From the NCBI RefSeq assembly GCF_014054945.1, contig NZ_CP059566.1:562036-626035 (forward strand): a stretch of DNA of 64,000 nucleotides, in the 5' to 3' direction. This DNA is from Neisseria sicca. Lineage in GTDB: Bacteria; Pseudomonadota; Gammaproteobacteria; Burkholderiales; Neisseriaceae. The position numbers were made by a program, and so were the translations under genes. Within the stretch, counting starts at the first letter, position 1. Every line of letters begins with the position of its first letter. A model generated the notes under the pieces. It worked only from the letters and a program-made list of their open reading frames with translations. It was not told the origin of the DNA and did no database searches. Below are positions 39,423 through 50,123 of this stretch, piece by piece.

Positions 39423-39716
39423 GATGGTCGTTTGGGAAGCGGAAACAGAAAACGGCATTATACGGCAGGGAGGGGTCGTCTGAAAAACATGGCTGCTGCA
39501 ATTCGATAACCGCAGAGTTTGTTTTTGAATGGTTTCGGTATCTTAAAACGTTCAAACAAGGCAAGGTAACATCCGAATGGTTTGTCGATGCGCGCAACCT
39601 TGCCAACCGCACCGCACGTCCGCAAAACTCCATGTTGAAATATATCGCACCGCTGCCGGGCCGCTCCGTCCGCGTAGGCGTCAGAATGAATTTCTAAGTT
39701 TGGAATAAAATAAACC

Positions 39717-39741
39717 GGATTCCTTTGATGGGAATCCGGTT
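39717..39741 (-). terminator. dRS3-like hairpin (ggattcc-N7-ggaatcc) 3' of the phosphatase-like gene
   Basis: ccggattcctttgatgggaatccgg followed by a T-tract. Confidence 0.5.
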
Positions 39742-39834
39742 TTTCTTTTCGATGATTGGATTTTCAGACGACCTTTGGGGTCGTCTGAAACCTTATTTAT
39801 GCCCTTTACCTTCTTTTATTCAGAGCCTTATATG

Positions 39835-40161
39835 CTAGCTGTCAGACAAATACGGCTCGACGCTTTCCTTCAATATCTCGATCAATTCTTCGTCCATATA
39901 GCGGTAATCGTCAGGAATGTCCAAAACAATGATTTCCTTATGCTGCAAAGCGCGGGGAAACTGCGCCGACAGGCGGTTTTTATGCTTTTGTTCCATCACA
40001 AAAATCTTATCCGACCATGCGATGTCGTTGATGGAAACGGTGTGCCGTGCGTTAGGGCTTGTGCCTGCGGAACGGGTCTGTACGTTCGGATAGCGTCGGA
40101 ATACCGCTTCAGCAGTGGGGCTGCGCCATTGGTTGCGGCTGCAAATAAAAAGTGCGTTCAT
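39835..40161 (-). CDS. low-molecular-weight phosphotyrosine-phosphatase-like protein (short)
   Basis: N-terminal P-loop CSRNQWRS (CX5R(S/T)) at residues 7-14. Only 108 aa, shorter than typical LMW-PTPs. Confidence 0.55.
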   Translation of the reverse strand: MNALFICSRNQWRSPTAEAVFRRYPNVQTRSAGTSPNARHTVSINDIAWSDKIFVMEQKHKNRLSAQFPRALQHKEIIVLDIPDDYRYMDEELIEILKESVEPYLSDS

Positions 40162-40232
40162 AGAAATTAAAAAAGGCGGAGAAATATCCGCCTTGTGAAA
40201 ATCATCTCGATTGAGTCGAAATGTGTTTTAAG

Positions 40233-40448
40233 TTAATCAAACCATTCGGCTTCAAATTCATGCTGCCTGAAGGGGTAAACAAAGCCCAGTTTTTGCGCGC
40301 GTTTGACTTTATTCCTGCGGAAATACATCAAATCCCACTTTTTCTCGAGCTTACCCTCAGAAGGGTTTTTGCCGTGTACGCGATGGCTGGGTCGTTTTGC
40401 TTGATGCCGCCGCCATGCACGGCTGCGACTGTGGTCTAAATTGTCCAT
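40233..40448 (-). CDS. small basic hypothetical protein
   Basis: 71-aa ORF rich in Arg/Lys. Confidence 0.35.
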   Translation of the reverse strand: MDNLDHSRSRAWRRHQAKRPSHRVHGKNPSEGKLEKKWDLMYFRRNKVKRAQKLGFVYPFRQHEFEAEWFD

Positions 40449-40616
40449 TATCTGCTTTCTAACTTCGTTTCGGAAATCGGGTTCAGCAGCCGCGATTTTT
40501 TCTGTGTTCGATTATTCAGCAAGAAAAAGGAAAATCGGATTGTAGCCAAATTAGCTTGACGATACAAGCATTTGACCGTCGTTGTGGAACAGGTCGTCTG
40601 AAATGCGAGACGCCAT

Positions 40617-41930
40617 TTACTTCTGCTTATCCAACGCTTCCTCATCCAGCGATTTCAACCATTCCAGCTTTTCGCCGATTTTGATTTCCAGCCCGCGCGG
40701 GACGGGTTGGTAGAAATCCGGTTCGTCCAAGCCGTCGGGCATATAGCTTTCGCCGGCGGCGTAGGCGTTCGGTTCGTCGTGGGCGTAGCGGTATTCGCGT
40801 CCGTAGCCCAATTCTTTCATCAACTTGGTCGGGGCGTTGCGCAGGTGGACGGGCACTTCGTCGCTGGCGTTTTCTTTGACGAAGCGGCGCATTTGGTTGT
40901 ATGCCTTGTAGCCCGCGTTGGATTTCGCGGCGGCGGCAAGGTACAACACGGCTTGCGCCAGCGCGAGTTCGCCTTCGGGCGAGCCTAAGCGTTCAAAGGT
41001 GGCGGCGGCATCATTGGCGATTTGGAAGGCGCGCGGGTCGGCAAGCCCGATGTCCTCCCACGCCATGCGCACGATGCGGCGGGCAAGGTAGCGCGGGTCG
41101 GTGCCGCCGTCGAGCATACGGCAGAACCAATACAGCGCGGCATTCGGATGCGAACCGCGTACTGATTTATGCAGGGCGGAGATTTGGTTGTAGAAACTCT
41201 CGCCGCCTTTGTCGAAACGGCGGATTTGCGCGCCGAGGCTGTCGGCGAGAAATTCGGCGGTCAGGGTTTTCAGACGACGTGTGTCGGCGGCGCGTAAAAG
41301 TTGCTCCAATAAATTCAACAATCTGCGCGCATCGCCGTCGGCGGTATTGACGAGCAGCTCCTGCGCATCGGCTTCAATCGTGAAATCCCGGTATTCGGGC
41401 AATGCCAATACTTTGGCAATCAGTTTCTTGAGGTCGTCTGAAGACAAGGATTGCAAAACATACACCTGCGCGCGGCTCAACAGCGCGGGATTGACTTCAA
41501 ACGACGGATTTTCCGTAGTCGCGCCGATAAAGGTCAGCAAACCGCTTTCGACATGGGGCAAAAACGCGTCCTGCTGCGCCTTGTTGAAGCGGTGGACTTC
41601 ATCGACAAACAAAATCGTCGCGCGTCCCTGCTGCAAGGCGATTTCTGCCTTGTCGATTGCCTCGCGTATGTCCTTCACGCCGGAGAATACGGCGGAAACA
41701 GGCAGAAACTGGGCATTGAAACTCTGCGCCAAAATCCGCGCCAACGTCGTCTTGCCCACGCCCGGCGGCCCCCACAGCAACATAGAATGCGGTTTCCCGC
41801 CTTCCACCGCCACACGCAGCGGCTTGCCTTCGCCGATTAAATGCTGCTGCCCGATAACGTCATCAAGCGTATGCGGGCGCAGGCGTTCGGCAAGCGGCGC
41901 ATCGGGTTGGCGGGTGAAAAGGTCGGACAT
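40617..41930 (-). CDS. rarA: replication-associated recombination protein A (AAA+ ATPase RarA/MgsA)
   Basis: LRPHTLDDVIGQQHL, Walker A GPPGVGKTT, Walker B ILFVDEVHRFNKAQQD. C-terminal MgsA domain. Confidence 0.9.
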   Translation of the reverse strand: MSDLFTRQPDAPLAERLRPHTLDDVIGQQHLIGEGKPLRVAVEGGKPHSMLLWGPPGVGKTTLARILAQSFNAQFLPVSAVFSGVKDIREAIDKAEIALQQGRATILFVDEVHRFNKAQQDAFLPHVESGLLTFIGATTENPSFEVNPALLSRAQVYVLQSLSSDDLKKLIAKVLALPEYRDFTIEADAQELLVNTADGDARRLLNLLEQLLRAADTRRLKTLTAEFLADSLGAQIRRFDKGGESFYNQISALHKSVRGSHPNAALYWFCRMLDGGTDPRYLARRIVRMAWEDIGLADPRAFQIANDAAATFERLGSPEGELALAQAVLYLAAAAKSNAGYKAYNQMRRFVKENASDEVPVHLRNAPTKLMKELGYGREYRYAHDEPNAYAAGESYMPDGLDEPDFYQPVPRGLEIKIGEKLEWLKSLDEEALDKQK

Positions 41931-41994
41931 GGCGGTTTCCGTGAAAGAGGGTTTTCAGACGACGTGGATTATAGCAGGTCGTCTGAAAGGAGGA

Positions 41995-43407
41995 TTAACG
42001 CTCTTTGGGCATAATATCAATATAGTTTTCATTCAAAATTTGCAGGAATTTCCCACTGATAACGATACATTCTGTTGCTAATTTTGCGGCTTCCTTTTTT
42101 CCTTTGTTGTTTTCAACAGTTGGTGGGCAGAAGACCTTAGTGTCGCCTAAGTTCCAAGCCATGTAGCCGTATAGGGCGTTGTTGCGTTGTTCGGGGATTG
42201 AAGAACAGGTAATGTCTTTTTCTACTTTTTCTTTTTCTGAGAGCACAGAGCATTTAAATTTCTGTTTTAACTTGAATAAGTCATTTTTATCAATCCCACT
42301 AGTTTCTTGCAAGCCATTGTTTTGTTGAAAATTATTGTGTAATAAATACCATGAAGAGTTTTGTGGTATTTCTGTAAAACGAACTGGATAAAGCATACGC
42401 ACAGAAAAATTTTCAGATAGTATTACTATCAAGAGTAATGAAAAAAAAGCAATCATACAAGGAAATATAAGAACTTTCTTATGATCATTTTTATTGTTTT
42501 TTTGGTGGCGAATGAAGCGAGAGACTAAGAAGACATTCAATAGCATCATTATGCCGAGAAAAAGTAAGTATAAGTATTGAGTTTCTTCTCCAGGCAACCA
42601 ATCGTTAGTCATTATTATAAAAACTAAGGAGTATAAAAATGTTGTAGCAGATGAGAGTATAATTATCATTATAAAGAGTATTAATGTAGTAATTTCCTCT
42701 GTTATCTTATTTTTTCTTTTTTTATTCTTATTTTTAGAAAAATAATTTTTTAATTTTTTTAAAAAATCAATAATTTTAATTATATATATATTTTTTATAT
42801 CATTATTTGAAAATATTATTAAATAAATTAAAGCTGGAATAGTAAAAATAATGATTATAGGAAACAAGATCAATGCTGATACTAGGTAGTATATTGCATA
42901 GAAAATAAATTTTAATATAAAAATTTCAATATCTTTCCTGTTTTTTATTGTTATTTGAATTAAATATACACTCACAGGGAGAAAAATAGCGATATATGAA
43001 ATATATTCTAATATGATTTTAGGAAGATCATTGGATAAATATATATATGTAATTATTGCTATAAATGTTAAAGGAGCTATGGATAAGCATGGTAGCAGAT
43101 TTTTAATAGCTATTTTTTCCTGTTTAACATCTTTCGATAAAGGGATAAGTATGTGAGGGAAAATATATGGGCTAATAAGGGCTATTATTGTTAATACAAA
43201 TGTGATTAAAATAGATGCTAGACTAGAAGGATTTGATATTGCATCGGTAAAAACACTTGGCTGCCGGATGAAAGATAAGTAGCTGTAGGAAAGAAAGCCG
43301 CCTAATATCACTCCTGCTGAAGCTAAAATTGTTATCGATTTGCCGATTATTTCCAAGACTTCAACAAATGAAGATTTTTTCTTTGGTTTGTACATTTTGA
43401 ATACCAC
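41995..43407 (-). CDS. very low-GC (~28%) polytopic membrane protein of unknown function
   Basis: 470 aa, roughly 10 hydrophobic helices rich in I/L/F/Y, Lys-rich loops, C-terminal ~130-aa soluble domain. Flanked on both sides by DUS copies. Confidence 0.6.
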   Translation of the reverse strand: MVFKMYKPKKKSSFVEVLEIIGKSITILASAGVILGGFLSYSYLSFIRQPSVFTDAISNPSSLASILITFVLTIIALISPYIFPHILIPLSKDVKQEKIAIKNLLPCLSIAPLTFIAIITYIYLSNDLPKIILEYISYIAIFLPVSVYLIQITIKNRKDIEIFILKFIFYAIYYLVSALILFPIIIIFTIPALIYLIIFSNNDIKNIYIIKIIDFLKKLKNYFSKNKNKKRKNKITEEITTLILFIMIIILSSATTFLYSLVFIIMTNDWLPGEETQYLYLLFLGIMMLLNVFLVSRFIRHQKNNKNDHKKVLIFPCMIAFFSLLLIVILSENFSVRMLYPVRFTEIPQNSSWYLLHNNFQQNNGLQETSGIDKNDLFKLKQKFKCSVLSEKEKVEKDITCSSIPEQRNNALYGYMAWNLGDTKVFCPPTVENNKGKKEAAKLATECIVISGKFLQILNENYIDIMPKER

Positions 43408-43552
43408 TCCTTATTTCTATAAGATCATTCAATATTTTCCAAATTATACCCCACGTCTCCCAATCCCCCATCTCACACTGCTTACGGTATAATACGCGTT
43501 TGTTTAAAGACTTTGCGGGGCGTTTCAGACGACCTTGCGGCAAGGGATGGTT

Positions 43553-43930
43553 ATGAATATGAAAAAGATGGTCGCCGTTGCTTCTGTGGCGGTGTTGTTG
43601 GGCGGTTGCGCTTATGATGCTGACTCGGCGTTCGGCGGTTTGGGCGGCGGTACGGGGATTGGCGGCAGCGTGGTGAAAATGGCGGTTGATCATCAATGCC
43701 GTTCGGAGTTGAACAAGCGTAATGAGTGGCGTTTGATTGCGCTGACGATGAGCGCGGACAAACAGCGCGAGTGGGAAGACAAAATCTGCGGCTGCGCGAG
43801 CGAGGAGGCGCCGAATCAGGTGTCCGCGCAAGAGTTGATGGATGTTTTGAATCCTTCTTCGCGCGATCGTGCGATTGCGTCGGTAACGGTGAAAACCGTC
43901 AATGCTTGTTTCAAGCGTTTGTATAGATAA
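43553..43930 (+). CDS. small lipoprotein of unknown function
   Basis: MNMKKMVAVASVAVLLGGC lipobox. 125 aa. Confidence 0.6.
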   Translation: MNMKKMVAVASVAVLLGGCAYDADSAFGGLGGGTGIGGSVVKMAVDHQCRSELNKRNEWRLIALTMSADKQREWEDKICGCASEEAPNQVSAQELMDVLNPSSRDRAIASVTVKTVNACFKRLYR

Positions 43931-44073
43931 TGTTTTTCAGACGACCTCTGTGTATCGGGGTCGTCTGAAAGTTTATAGTGGATTAAGGTCGGGATAGGGT
44001 GGCTTGCGGGATTGTTCGCTGGCAGGTTTCCTGTTTTGATTGGCAATATTTTTGTTTTTATAGAGAAGAAATC

Positions 44074-45486
44074 ATGAAATATATCAGTACGCGCGGCGAG
44101 ACGGCGCATAAACCATTTAGCGAGGTTTTGTTGATGGGGCTTGCGCCCGACGGCGGTTTGATGCTGCCGGAGCGTTATCCGCAGGTCAGCCGCGAGACTT
44201 TGGACAAGTGGCGCGGTTTGAGCTATCCGGAGCTGGCGTTTGAGGTGATGAGCCTGTTTGTAACGGATATTCCGGCGGACGATTTGCGCGATATTGTGAA
44301 CCGTACTTATACGGAAGCGGCGTTCGGCTCTAAGGAAATCACGCCTGTGCGTACTTTGTCCGACGGTATCAAAATCCAAGCCCTGTCCAACGGCCCGACG
44401 CTGGCGTTCAAGGATATGGCGATGCAGTTTTTGGGCAATGCGTTTGAATATGTGTTGAACAAAAAGGGCAGGGAACTCAATATCTTGGGCGCAACCAGCG
44501 GCGATACGGGTTCGGCTGCGGAATATGCGTTGCGCGGTAAAAAGGGCGTGAATGTATTTATGCTGTCACCCGACGGCAAAATGAGCGCGTTCCAACGTGC
44601 GCAGATGTACAGTCTGCAAGACGAGAATATCCACAATATCGCCGTGAAGGGGATGTTTGACGATTGTCAGGACATTGTGAAGGCGGTGCAGAACGATGCC
44701 GCGTTCAAGGAAAAATACCATATCGGTACGGTCAATTCGATCAACTGGGGACGCATCGTCGCGCAAGTGGTTTATTATTTTGCGGGCTATTTCAAGGCGA
44801 CGCAAAGCAATGACGAGCAGGTCAGCTTCTGCGTGCCGAGCGGCAACTTCGGCAACGTTTGCGCGGGACACATTGCCAAACAGATGGGCCTGCCTATCCG
44901 CCGCCTGATTGTTGCGACCAATGAAAACGATGTGTTGGACGAGTTTTTCAAAACCGGCGCATACCGCCCGCGCAACAGCGAGCATACTTATGTTACCTCC
45001 AGCCCGTCTATGGACATTTCCAAAGCGTCCAACTTCGAGCGTTTCGTGTTCGACCTGATGGATCGCGATCCTCAGGAAATCAATACGCTGTGGGCGGAAG
45101 TCGCGGCGGGCAAGGGCTTTGATTTGCAGTTTGCCTTGGAAAAAGTCGGCGGCAAATATGGCTTTACTTCAGGCAAATCTACCCACGCCGACCGCCTCGC
45201 CACCATCAAACAGGTTTACGAGCAAGACAAAGAACTCATCGACCCGCACACTGCCGACGGCGTAAAAGTCGCCCGCGAAGTGCGCGAAGAAGGGGAAACG
45301 GTTGTTTGTTTGGAAACCGCGTTGGCAGCGAAATTCGATGCGACCATACACGAAGCCGTCGGCGATGTCGCCATTCCGCGCCCCGCCGCGCTGGAAGGTT
45401 TGGAAAAATTGCCGCAACGCGTCCGAGTCGTGCCGAACAATGCAGCCGCCGTCAAAGAAATCATCCGCGAAACGTTAGACAAGTAA
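44074..45486 (+). CDS. thrC: threonine synthase
   Basis: Start MKYISTRGE. PLP site region GPTLAFKDMAMQFLG. 470 aa. Confidence 0.9.
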   Translation: MKYISTRGETAHKPFSEVLLMGLAPDGGLMLPERYPQVSRETLDKWRGLSYPELAFEVMSLFVTDIPADDLRDIVNRTYTEAAFGSKEITPVRTLSDGIKIQALSNGPTLAFKDMAMQFLGNAFEYVLNKKGRELNILGATSGDTGSAAEYALRGKKGVNVFMLSPDGKMSAFQRAQMYSLQDENIHNIAVKGMFDDCQDIVKAVQNDAAFKEKYHIGTVNSINWGRIVAQVVYYFAGYFKATQSNDEQVSFCVPSGNFGNVCAGHIAKQMGLPIRRLIVATNENDVLDEFFKTGAYRPRNSEHTYVTSSPSMDISKASNFERFVFDLMDRDPQEINTLWAEVAAGKGFDLQFALEKVGGKYGFTSGKSTHADRLATIKQVYEQDKELIDPHTADGVKVAREVREEGETVVCLETALAAKFDATIHEAVGDVAIPRPAALEGLEKLPQRVRVVPNNAAAVKEIIRETLDK

Positions 45487-45496
45487 TGCGTTGACC

Positions 45497-45530
45497 GAGA
45501 GGTCGTCTGAAAAGTTTCAGACGACCTCTG
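45497..45530 (+). terminator. DUS-pair terminator after thrC
   Basis: gagaggtcgtctgaaaagtttcagacgacctctg. Confidence 0.65.
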
Positions 45531-45694
45531 CCAGACAGCAAGCATTGTGATGATAAATATTTTCGTTTAAAATTGCGCGTTTGCTCTAATTCGGCATTAT
45601 CTATTCACAGGCGAGAGAGGTCGTCTGAAAACCCTTTTAAACCATCATCCGCCCGACCCGCGCGATCAGACGGATTTACCGACAGGAAACTCAA

Positions 45695-46471
45695 ATGGCA
45701 GCATTCAATACCCAAAAAGTATTGTCCGTACACCACTGGACGGATGCGTATTTCACCTTTACCTGCACCCGCGACGAATCGTTGCGCTTCGAAAACGGCC
45801 AATTCGTCATGGTCGGATTGATGGTGGACGGCAAGCCGCTGATGCGCGCATACAGCGTCGCCTCCGCCAACTGGGAAGAACACCTCGAATTTTTCAGCAT
45901 TAAAGTTCAAGACGGCCCTCTGACCAGCCGCCTGCAACACCTTAAAGTCGGCGACGACGTGTTAATCAGCAAAAAACCGACCGGAACTTTGGTTGCCGGC
46001 GACCTGAATCCCGGCAAACACCTTTACCTGCTGAGTACCGGTACCGGCATCGCCCCTTTCTTGAGCATCACCAAAGACCCCGAAATTTACGAGCAATTTG
46101 AAAAAATCATCCTCGTACACGGCGTGCGCTACAAAAAAGATTTGGCGTACTACGACCGCTTCACCAAAGAATTGCCCGAACACGAATACCTCGGCGACTT
46201 GGTTAAAGAAAAACTGATTTACTACCCCATCGTTTCCCGCGAAGACTACGAACACCACGGCCGCCTGACCGACCTGATGGTAAGCGGCAAACTGTTTGAA
46301 GACATCGGTCTGCCCAAAATCAACCCGCAAGACGACCGCGCCATGCTGTGCGGCAGCCCGGCCATGCTGAAAGACACCTGCAAAGTTCTGGACGATTTCG
46401 GTCTGACTGTCTCTCCGAAAACCGGTGTACGCGGCGACTACCTGATTGAGCGCGCGTTTGTGGATCAATAA
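45695..46471 (+). CDS. fpr: ferredoxin-NADP+ reductase
   Basis: FAD-binding RAYSVAS, NAD(P) site LLSTGTGIAPF. 258 aa. Confidence 0.85.
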   Translation: MAAFNTQKVLSVHHWTDAYFTFTCTRDESLRFENGQFVMVGLMVDGKPLMRAYSVASANWEEHLEFFSIKVQDGPLTSRLQHLKVGDDVLISKKPTGTLVAGDLNPGKHLYLLSTGTGIAPFLSITKDPEIYEQFEKIILVHGVRYKKDLAYYDRFTKELPEHEYLGDLVKEKLIYYPIVSREDYEHHGRLTDLMVSGKLFEDIGLPKINPQDDRAMLCGSPAMLKDTCKVLDDFGLTVSPKTGVRGDYLIERAFVDQ

Positions 46472-46617
46472 GGGTTTTAGCAGTAATGGAAATATAGCGA
46501 GGCAGAACTTGTCATCAGGTTCTGCCTCGCTATAAATCCATTATTTACCAAAATTCAAGTTTCGCTCAATCTCTAAAATATCCCCTCAGACGGTTCAACA
46601 GACTTCCCATTCTTATC

Positions 46618-47109
46618 ATGTACGATGTCAACACCCACGATGTCCGCCGATTTTTCGCACACGTTTGGAAACATCGCCTGACCCCGATGCAACTGGATGC
46701 ACTTCAGCTTAACGCCCTCCGTATCATCGAATCTCATCCCGAATACGCCCATTATCTTGAAAACATTGAAGATTATTTAGATAAAAACTGGCTGCCGGAA
46801 GATGGGGAGAGCAATCCTTTTTTACACATGTCGCTGCATCTTTCCCTTCAAGAGCAGGCAGCCATCGACCAGCCACCGGGCATACGGGCGATTCACGGGC
46901 AACTTTGCGCACGTTATAACAACGACTGGGTGCGCGCCGAGCATGACATGATGGATGCGCTGGCGGAAACCATTTGGGAAGCGCAACGATACGGACGCGG
47001 TTTGGATGTCAATGCCTATATGACCCGGTTGCGTAAATTAGTCGGTTTAGGGCAGGAGGAAAACGCCCGTATCAATCCGCATGAAGTGAATGCTAAATTT
47101 GACGAATGA
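46618..47109 (+). CDS. conserved hypothetical protein (DUF1841-like)
   Basis: 163-aa ORF with normal GC. Confidence 0.5.
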   Translation: MYDVNTHDVRRFFAHVWKHRLTPMQLDALQLNALRIIESHPEYAHYLENIEDYLDKNWLPEDGESNPFLHMSLHLSLQEQAAIDQPPGIRAIHGQLCARYNNDWVRAEHDMMDALAETIWEAQRYGRGLDVNAYMTRLRKLVGLGQEENARINPHEVNAKFDE

Positions 47110-47461
47110 AAAAGTTTTCTATGTGATGGAAGATAATGATTTTGAGGTCGTTGAAACGTTGTTTTCAGACGACCTTACAGTTTTGTAGTTTTTTGATTTA
47201 ACCTGAAATTTTTTATGTAGATATTGCTTTTTTTAATGAAAAGTACGATAAAAACTTCCCATTTCTAGTTTTCCATCTTCAGACAGTAATAAGAGTATAG
47301 AACTTAGTCCAATGGAAAATAGTATGGGTTTCATTATTATGCCTACTCCTTGTAAATATATAATCATATGTTCTGATTCTATTGTATGATAAGTAGCTGG
47401 TTGCTACCTAAAAAGTTAAGCAGCAAAGGCAATTAATTATTTTACAAACAAAGGCATACAC

Positions 47462-47830
47462 ATGGATTTCGAGATTAAACTAGAAACTAACTTTAGGGAC
47501 TGGTTGATGGCTGTAAGTCGGGAGGATATCCCGCATGATCTTGCGGCCTGGTCGTTCGAGTTGGCCGAGCCTTACCAAATCACTCTAGTCGGTTCAACCT
47601 ATTTCGACGAGAACGATAATGATTGGGCATGTCCGGATGACGATAATTTTCATCCTATGGCTGCTGCGCCCGACTTATCTGTGTTGTATGGTCAAAACTG
47701 GGAAATTGTATTGGAAACAGTCATTAAAATCGTGCGGAAACTGACAGTTGAATTGCCAGACCTCGCCGTTTTTCGAGTACCTCACATCGCAGCAGGATTT
47801 GTTGATGGTGATTTAGTGTTGATTCGTTGA
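47462..47830 (+). CDS. hypothetical acidic protein
   Basis: 122 aa, followed by a DUS-pair terminator (47827-47868). Confidence 0.45.
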   Translation: MDFEIKLETNFRDWLMAVSREDIPHDLAAWSFELAEPYQITLVGSTYFDENDNDWACPDDDNFHPMAAAPDLSVLYGQNWEIVLETVIKIVRKLTVELPDLAVFRVPHIAAGFVDGDLVLIR

Positions 47831-48020
47831 TTTCAGACGACCTTCCTTTCTTTTCAGGTCGTCTGAAAAATGAACTGTAGCCATATAAGCCGCACGAAAT
47901 AAGCCGATATGTCCGAGAAACAGGCGCGATTTTGGGTCGGCGGGTTTGACGATGAAAAAGAATGTACCACCGGCAATGAATTTTCTGCGATCGTATTATG
48001 AGGAAGGCGTCCTATGATTA

Positions 48021-48458
48021 CTAAGTTACTTTATTATTAAGCTGTGTTTTAATGAAATCAAAAATTTTCCTGTCAGCAACATGATTCAAATCTAAGAATG
48101 ATAAATATTGGCAGTTGCCATTCGGACAGGGCAAAAATAAAAATTCATAAGCAATATCTTCTATATCTGTTATTGTTAAATCACTAAATTGAAAATTAGT
48201 TGTTACCACATTTAACATATTGTTATTTTTGATTGATTCCAGTTCCAAAAGATTATCAAATTCATCTTCTAAAAGACTAGAATTCTCTCCGATAAGAATT
48301 ATCCAAAATAAAGGATATTGTTTAATCGATTCAAATAAATTATTGCAATTTATTGTTTTTAGGAAGTTTTGACTGATTAAAGCCACGATAGGCTTATCTT
48401 TTTTTATTTTAATCTTTCTGAAATTCGAATCTAGATTTATATTCAGATAATCAATCAT
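48021..48458 (-). CDS. hypothetical protein, low GC
   Basis: 145 aa, about 30% GC. Confidence 0.45.
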   Translation of the reverse strand: MIDYLNINLDSNFRKIKIKKDKPIVALISQNFLKTINCNNLFESIKQYPLFWIILIGENSSLLEDEFDNLLELESIKNNNMLNVVTTNFQFSDLTITDIEDIAYEFLFLPCPNGNCQYLSFLDLNHVADRKIFDFIKTQLNNKVT

Positions 48459-48560
48459 TATAGTTACTCCTTTGGAACACCGGAAATAATCCGCATCATC
48501 AGGCAGCAGCGTTCAAACGGCATGGATATTGTTTTCACACATCCATATAGGCTGCACTCA

Positions 48561-48958
48561 ATAAGCTTGGTGTAGGTCGGATTCTCGAATCCGACATTTT
48601 GGGCTATATCAATGGAAGCACAATCGAAAAGAACGATATTTCCAGCAATTTTCAATTTGTAGCGTGGGCTATGCCCACGAAAATACGAAAGGTCGTCTGA
48701 AACCTGTACGCAGGCTTTCAGACGACCTCAGCTTTACAAAAACAACCCGTGGGCAGAGCCCACGCTACGGTTAACTCAACGTATCGCCGTCTCCAAAACT
48801 CCTCCGCTGAGAATGCAAAAAGGCCTCAACTTATTATTGCAACGACCTCAGGCGTAGGTCGGATTCTCGAATCCGACATTTTGGGCATTGCTGCAATGAA
48901 TTGCAATGATGGGAGTGTTAAAGGTTTTGTCGGATACAAGTATCCGACCTACGCTTGC
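48561..48958. repeat. array of palindromic repeats (gcgtaggtcggattctcgaatccgacattttgggc x2 direct, plus one inverted partial copy) interleaved with cgtgggc-N-gcccacg hairpins and a DUS pair
   Basis: Copies at 48561-48605 and 48852-48896. Inverted partial copy gtcggatacaagtatccgacctacgc at 48931-48958. Hairpins at 48662-48680 and 48741-48760. NIME-like intergenic mosaic. Confidence 0.6.
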
Positions 48959-49115
48959 TTGCTGAAAGTTTAAAACAATGGTTTGAGAACGGCAAAAAAC
49001 GCGTGCGTACGTACCACGTACATCCCACACATCGGTTTTAAAATTTGTGCCACCCGCAGGAGGAGGGTGTGGTGCAGCCACGCACGCGGTTGGTGGAGAT
49101 GCAGGCTACGGCTTG

Positions 49116-50123
49116 CTACGTTCGCTTTATCAACTTCTCTATATCTTTTATATAATCACTCTTACCAAATATATTCGGATCATATAATCGATGACACTTA
49201 ATAAGCAACCTATTGAAGTTCCTATTAGCCAACAATTTTAGAGGCATATGTTCCAAAAAAGAATATCTTTCAAGAAGTTTTATATATGGTTGATATGATT
49301 CTGTATCTTCTCTATACGCAGTTATTGCCAGTAATTGTAATAATCTAAAATCAATCGATGCTCTAACAATATTACTATATTTTTTTTCCTCATCATCTAA
49401 ATTTCCTTTACCATATGATAACGAATTAACAAATTTTAAAACTTGATATAGATATAAAGAAAATTGATTAAATTCAATAAAATCTTTATCCACTCTCTTT
49501 TGAATATATTCAAATTTAGGAAAATTTATATCACCTTCCTCATAATAATAAATTAAATCATCAGTACTATCAAAATGATACCCGATATTATTCATTAAAT
49601 TATCTATAATATTATCAACAAATCCTTTTTTTACATCTTTTCCTAAAGATTTATCAAATACCACCACTTCTTTATTTAATATTTTTGAACATAACTGATT
49701 GAGCTGGTTGAGCATTGAAAAGAAGGTTGTTTCAAACTGTTGCTGCTTAAATATCTTTGATTGTTCAGCTAACAATTTTTCGGACTCCTCCTGTGCCTTT
49801 GCACTTCTTGATAATTCTTCTCTTGTTGCTTTTAATTCCTCAACTTGCAACTTGATACTATCTTTTTGTAATTTAATCGTATCAAGTTGCAATTTGATGG
49901 TATATAACAAAGCAATAAAAGTAGCACAGGCAAAAATTGGATTTAATACACCTCCAATATAATCTCCAAATTGCCCCCATTGCTCAGGAGATGTACTTAA
50001 CTTTCTATTTCCAAATGTAAAATAATATAATAAAAGTACGAGTAAAATTGATATGCCAACCAAACCAATTAATCCCTCATACCATTTAATTTCATATATC
50101 TTTTCTTGTTCCTTGTTCATCAT
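49116..50123 (-). CDS. low-GC membrane-anchored coiled-coil protein, candidate abortive-infection protein (putAbiC-like)
   Basis: 335 aa. Two N-terminal TM helices (LIGLVGISILLVLLLYYF; VLNPIFACATFIALLYTI), then a heptad-rich region (LQLDTIKLQKDSIKLQVEELKATREELSRSAKAQEESEKLLAEQSKIFKQQQ), then a Tyr/Asn/Lys-rich C-terminal domain. About 28% GC. Confidence 0.45.
   Translation of the reverse strand: MMNKEQEKIYEIKWYEGLIGLVGISILLVLLLYYFTFGNRKLSTSPEQWGQFGDYIGGVLNPIFACATFIALLYTIKLQLDTIKLQKDSIKLQVEELKATREELSRSAKAQEESEKLLAEQSKIFKQQQFETTFFSMLNQLNQLCSKILNKEVVVFDKSLGKDVKKGFVDNIIDNLMNNIGYHFDSTDDLIYYYEEGDINFPKFEYIQKRVDKDFIEFNQFSLYLYQVLKFVNSLSYGKGNLDDEEKKYSNIVRASIDFRLLQLLAITAYREDTESYQPYIKLLERYSFLEHMPLKLLANRNFNRLLIKCHRLYDPNIFGKSDYIKDIEKLIKRT

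Noticed and set aside
43975-43987. Possible second Correia element (tatagtggattaa)
   Set aside because: Only the 13-nt terminal motif is present. The downstream sequence does not match the Correia body and there is no inverted partner. It is an isolated end fragment at most.
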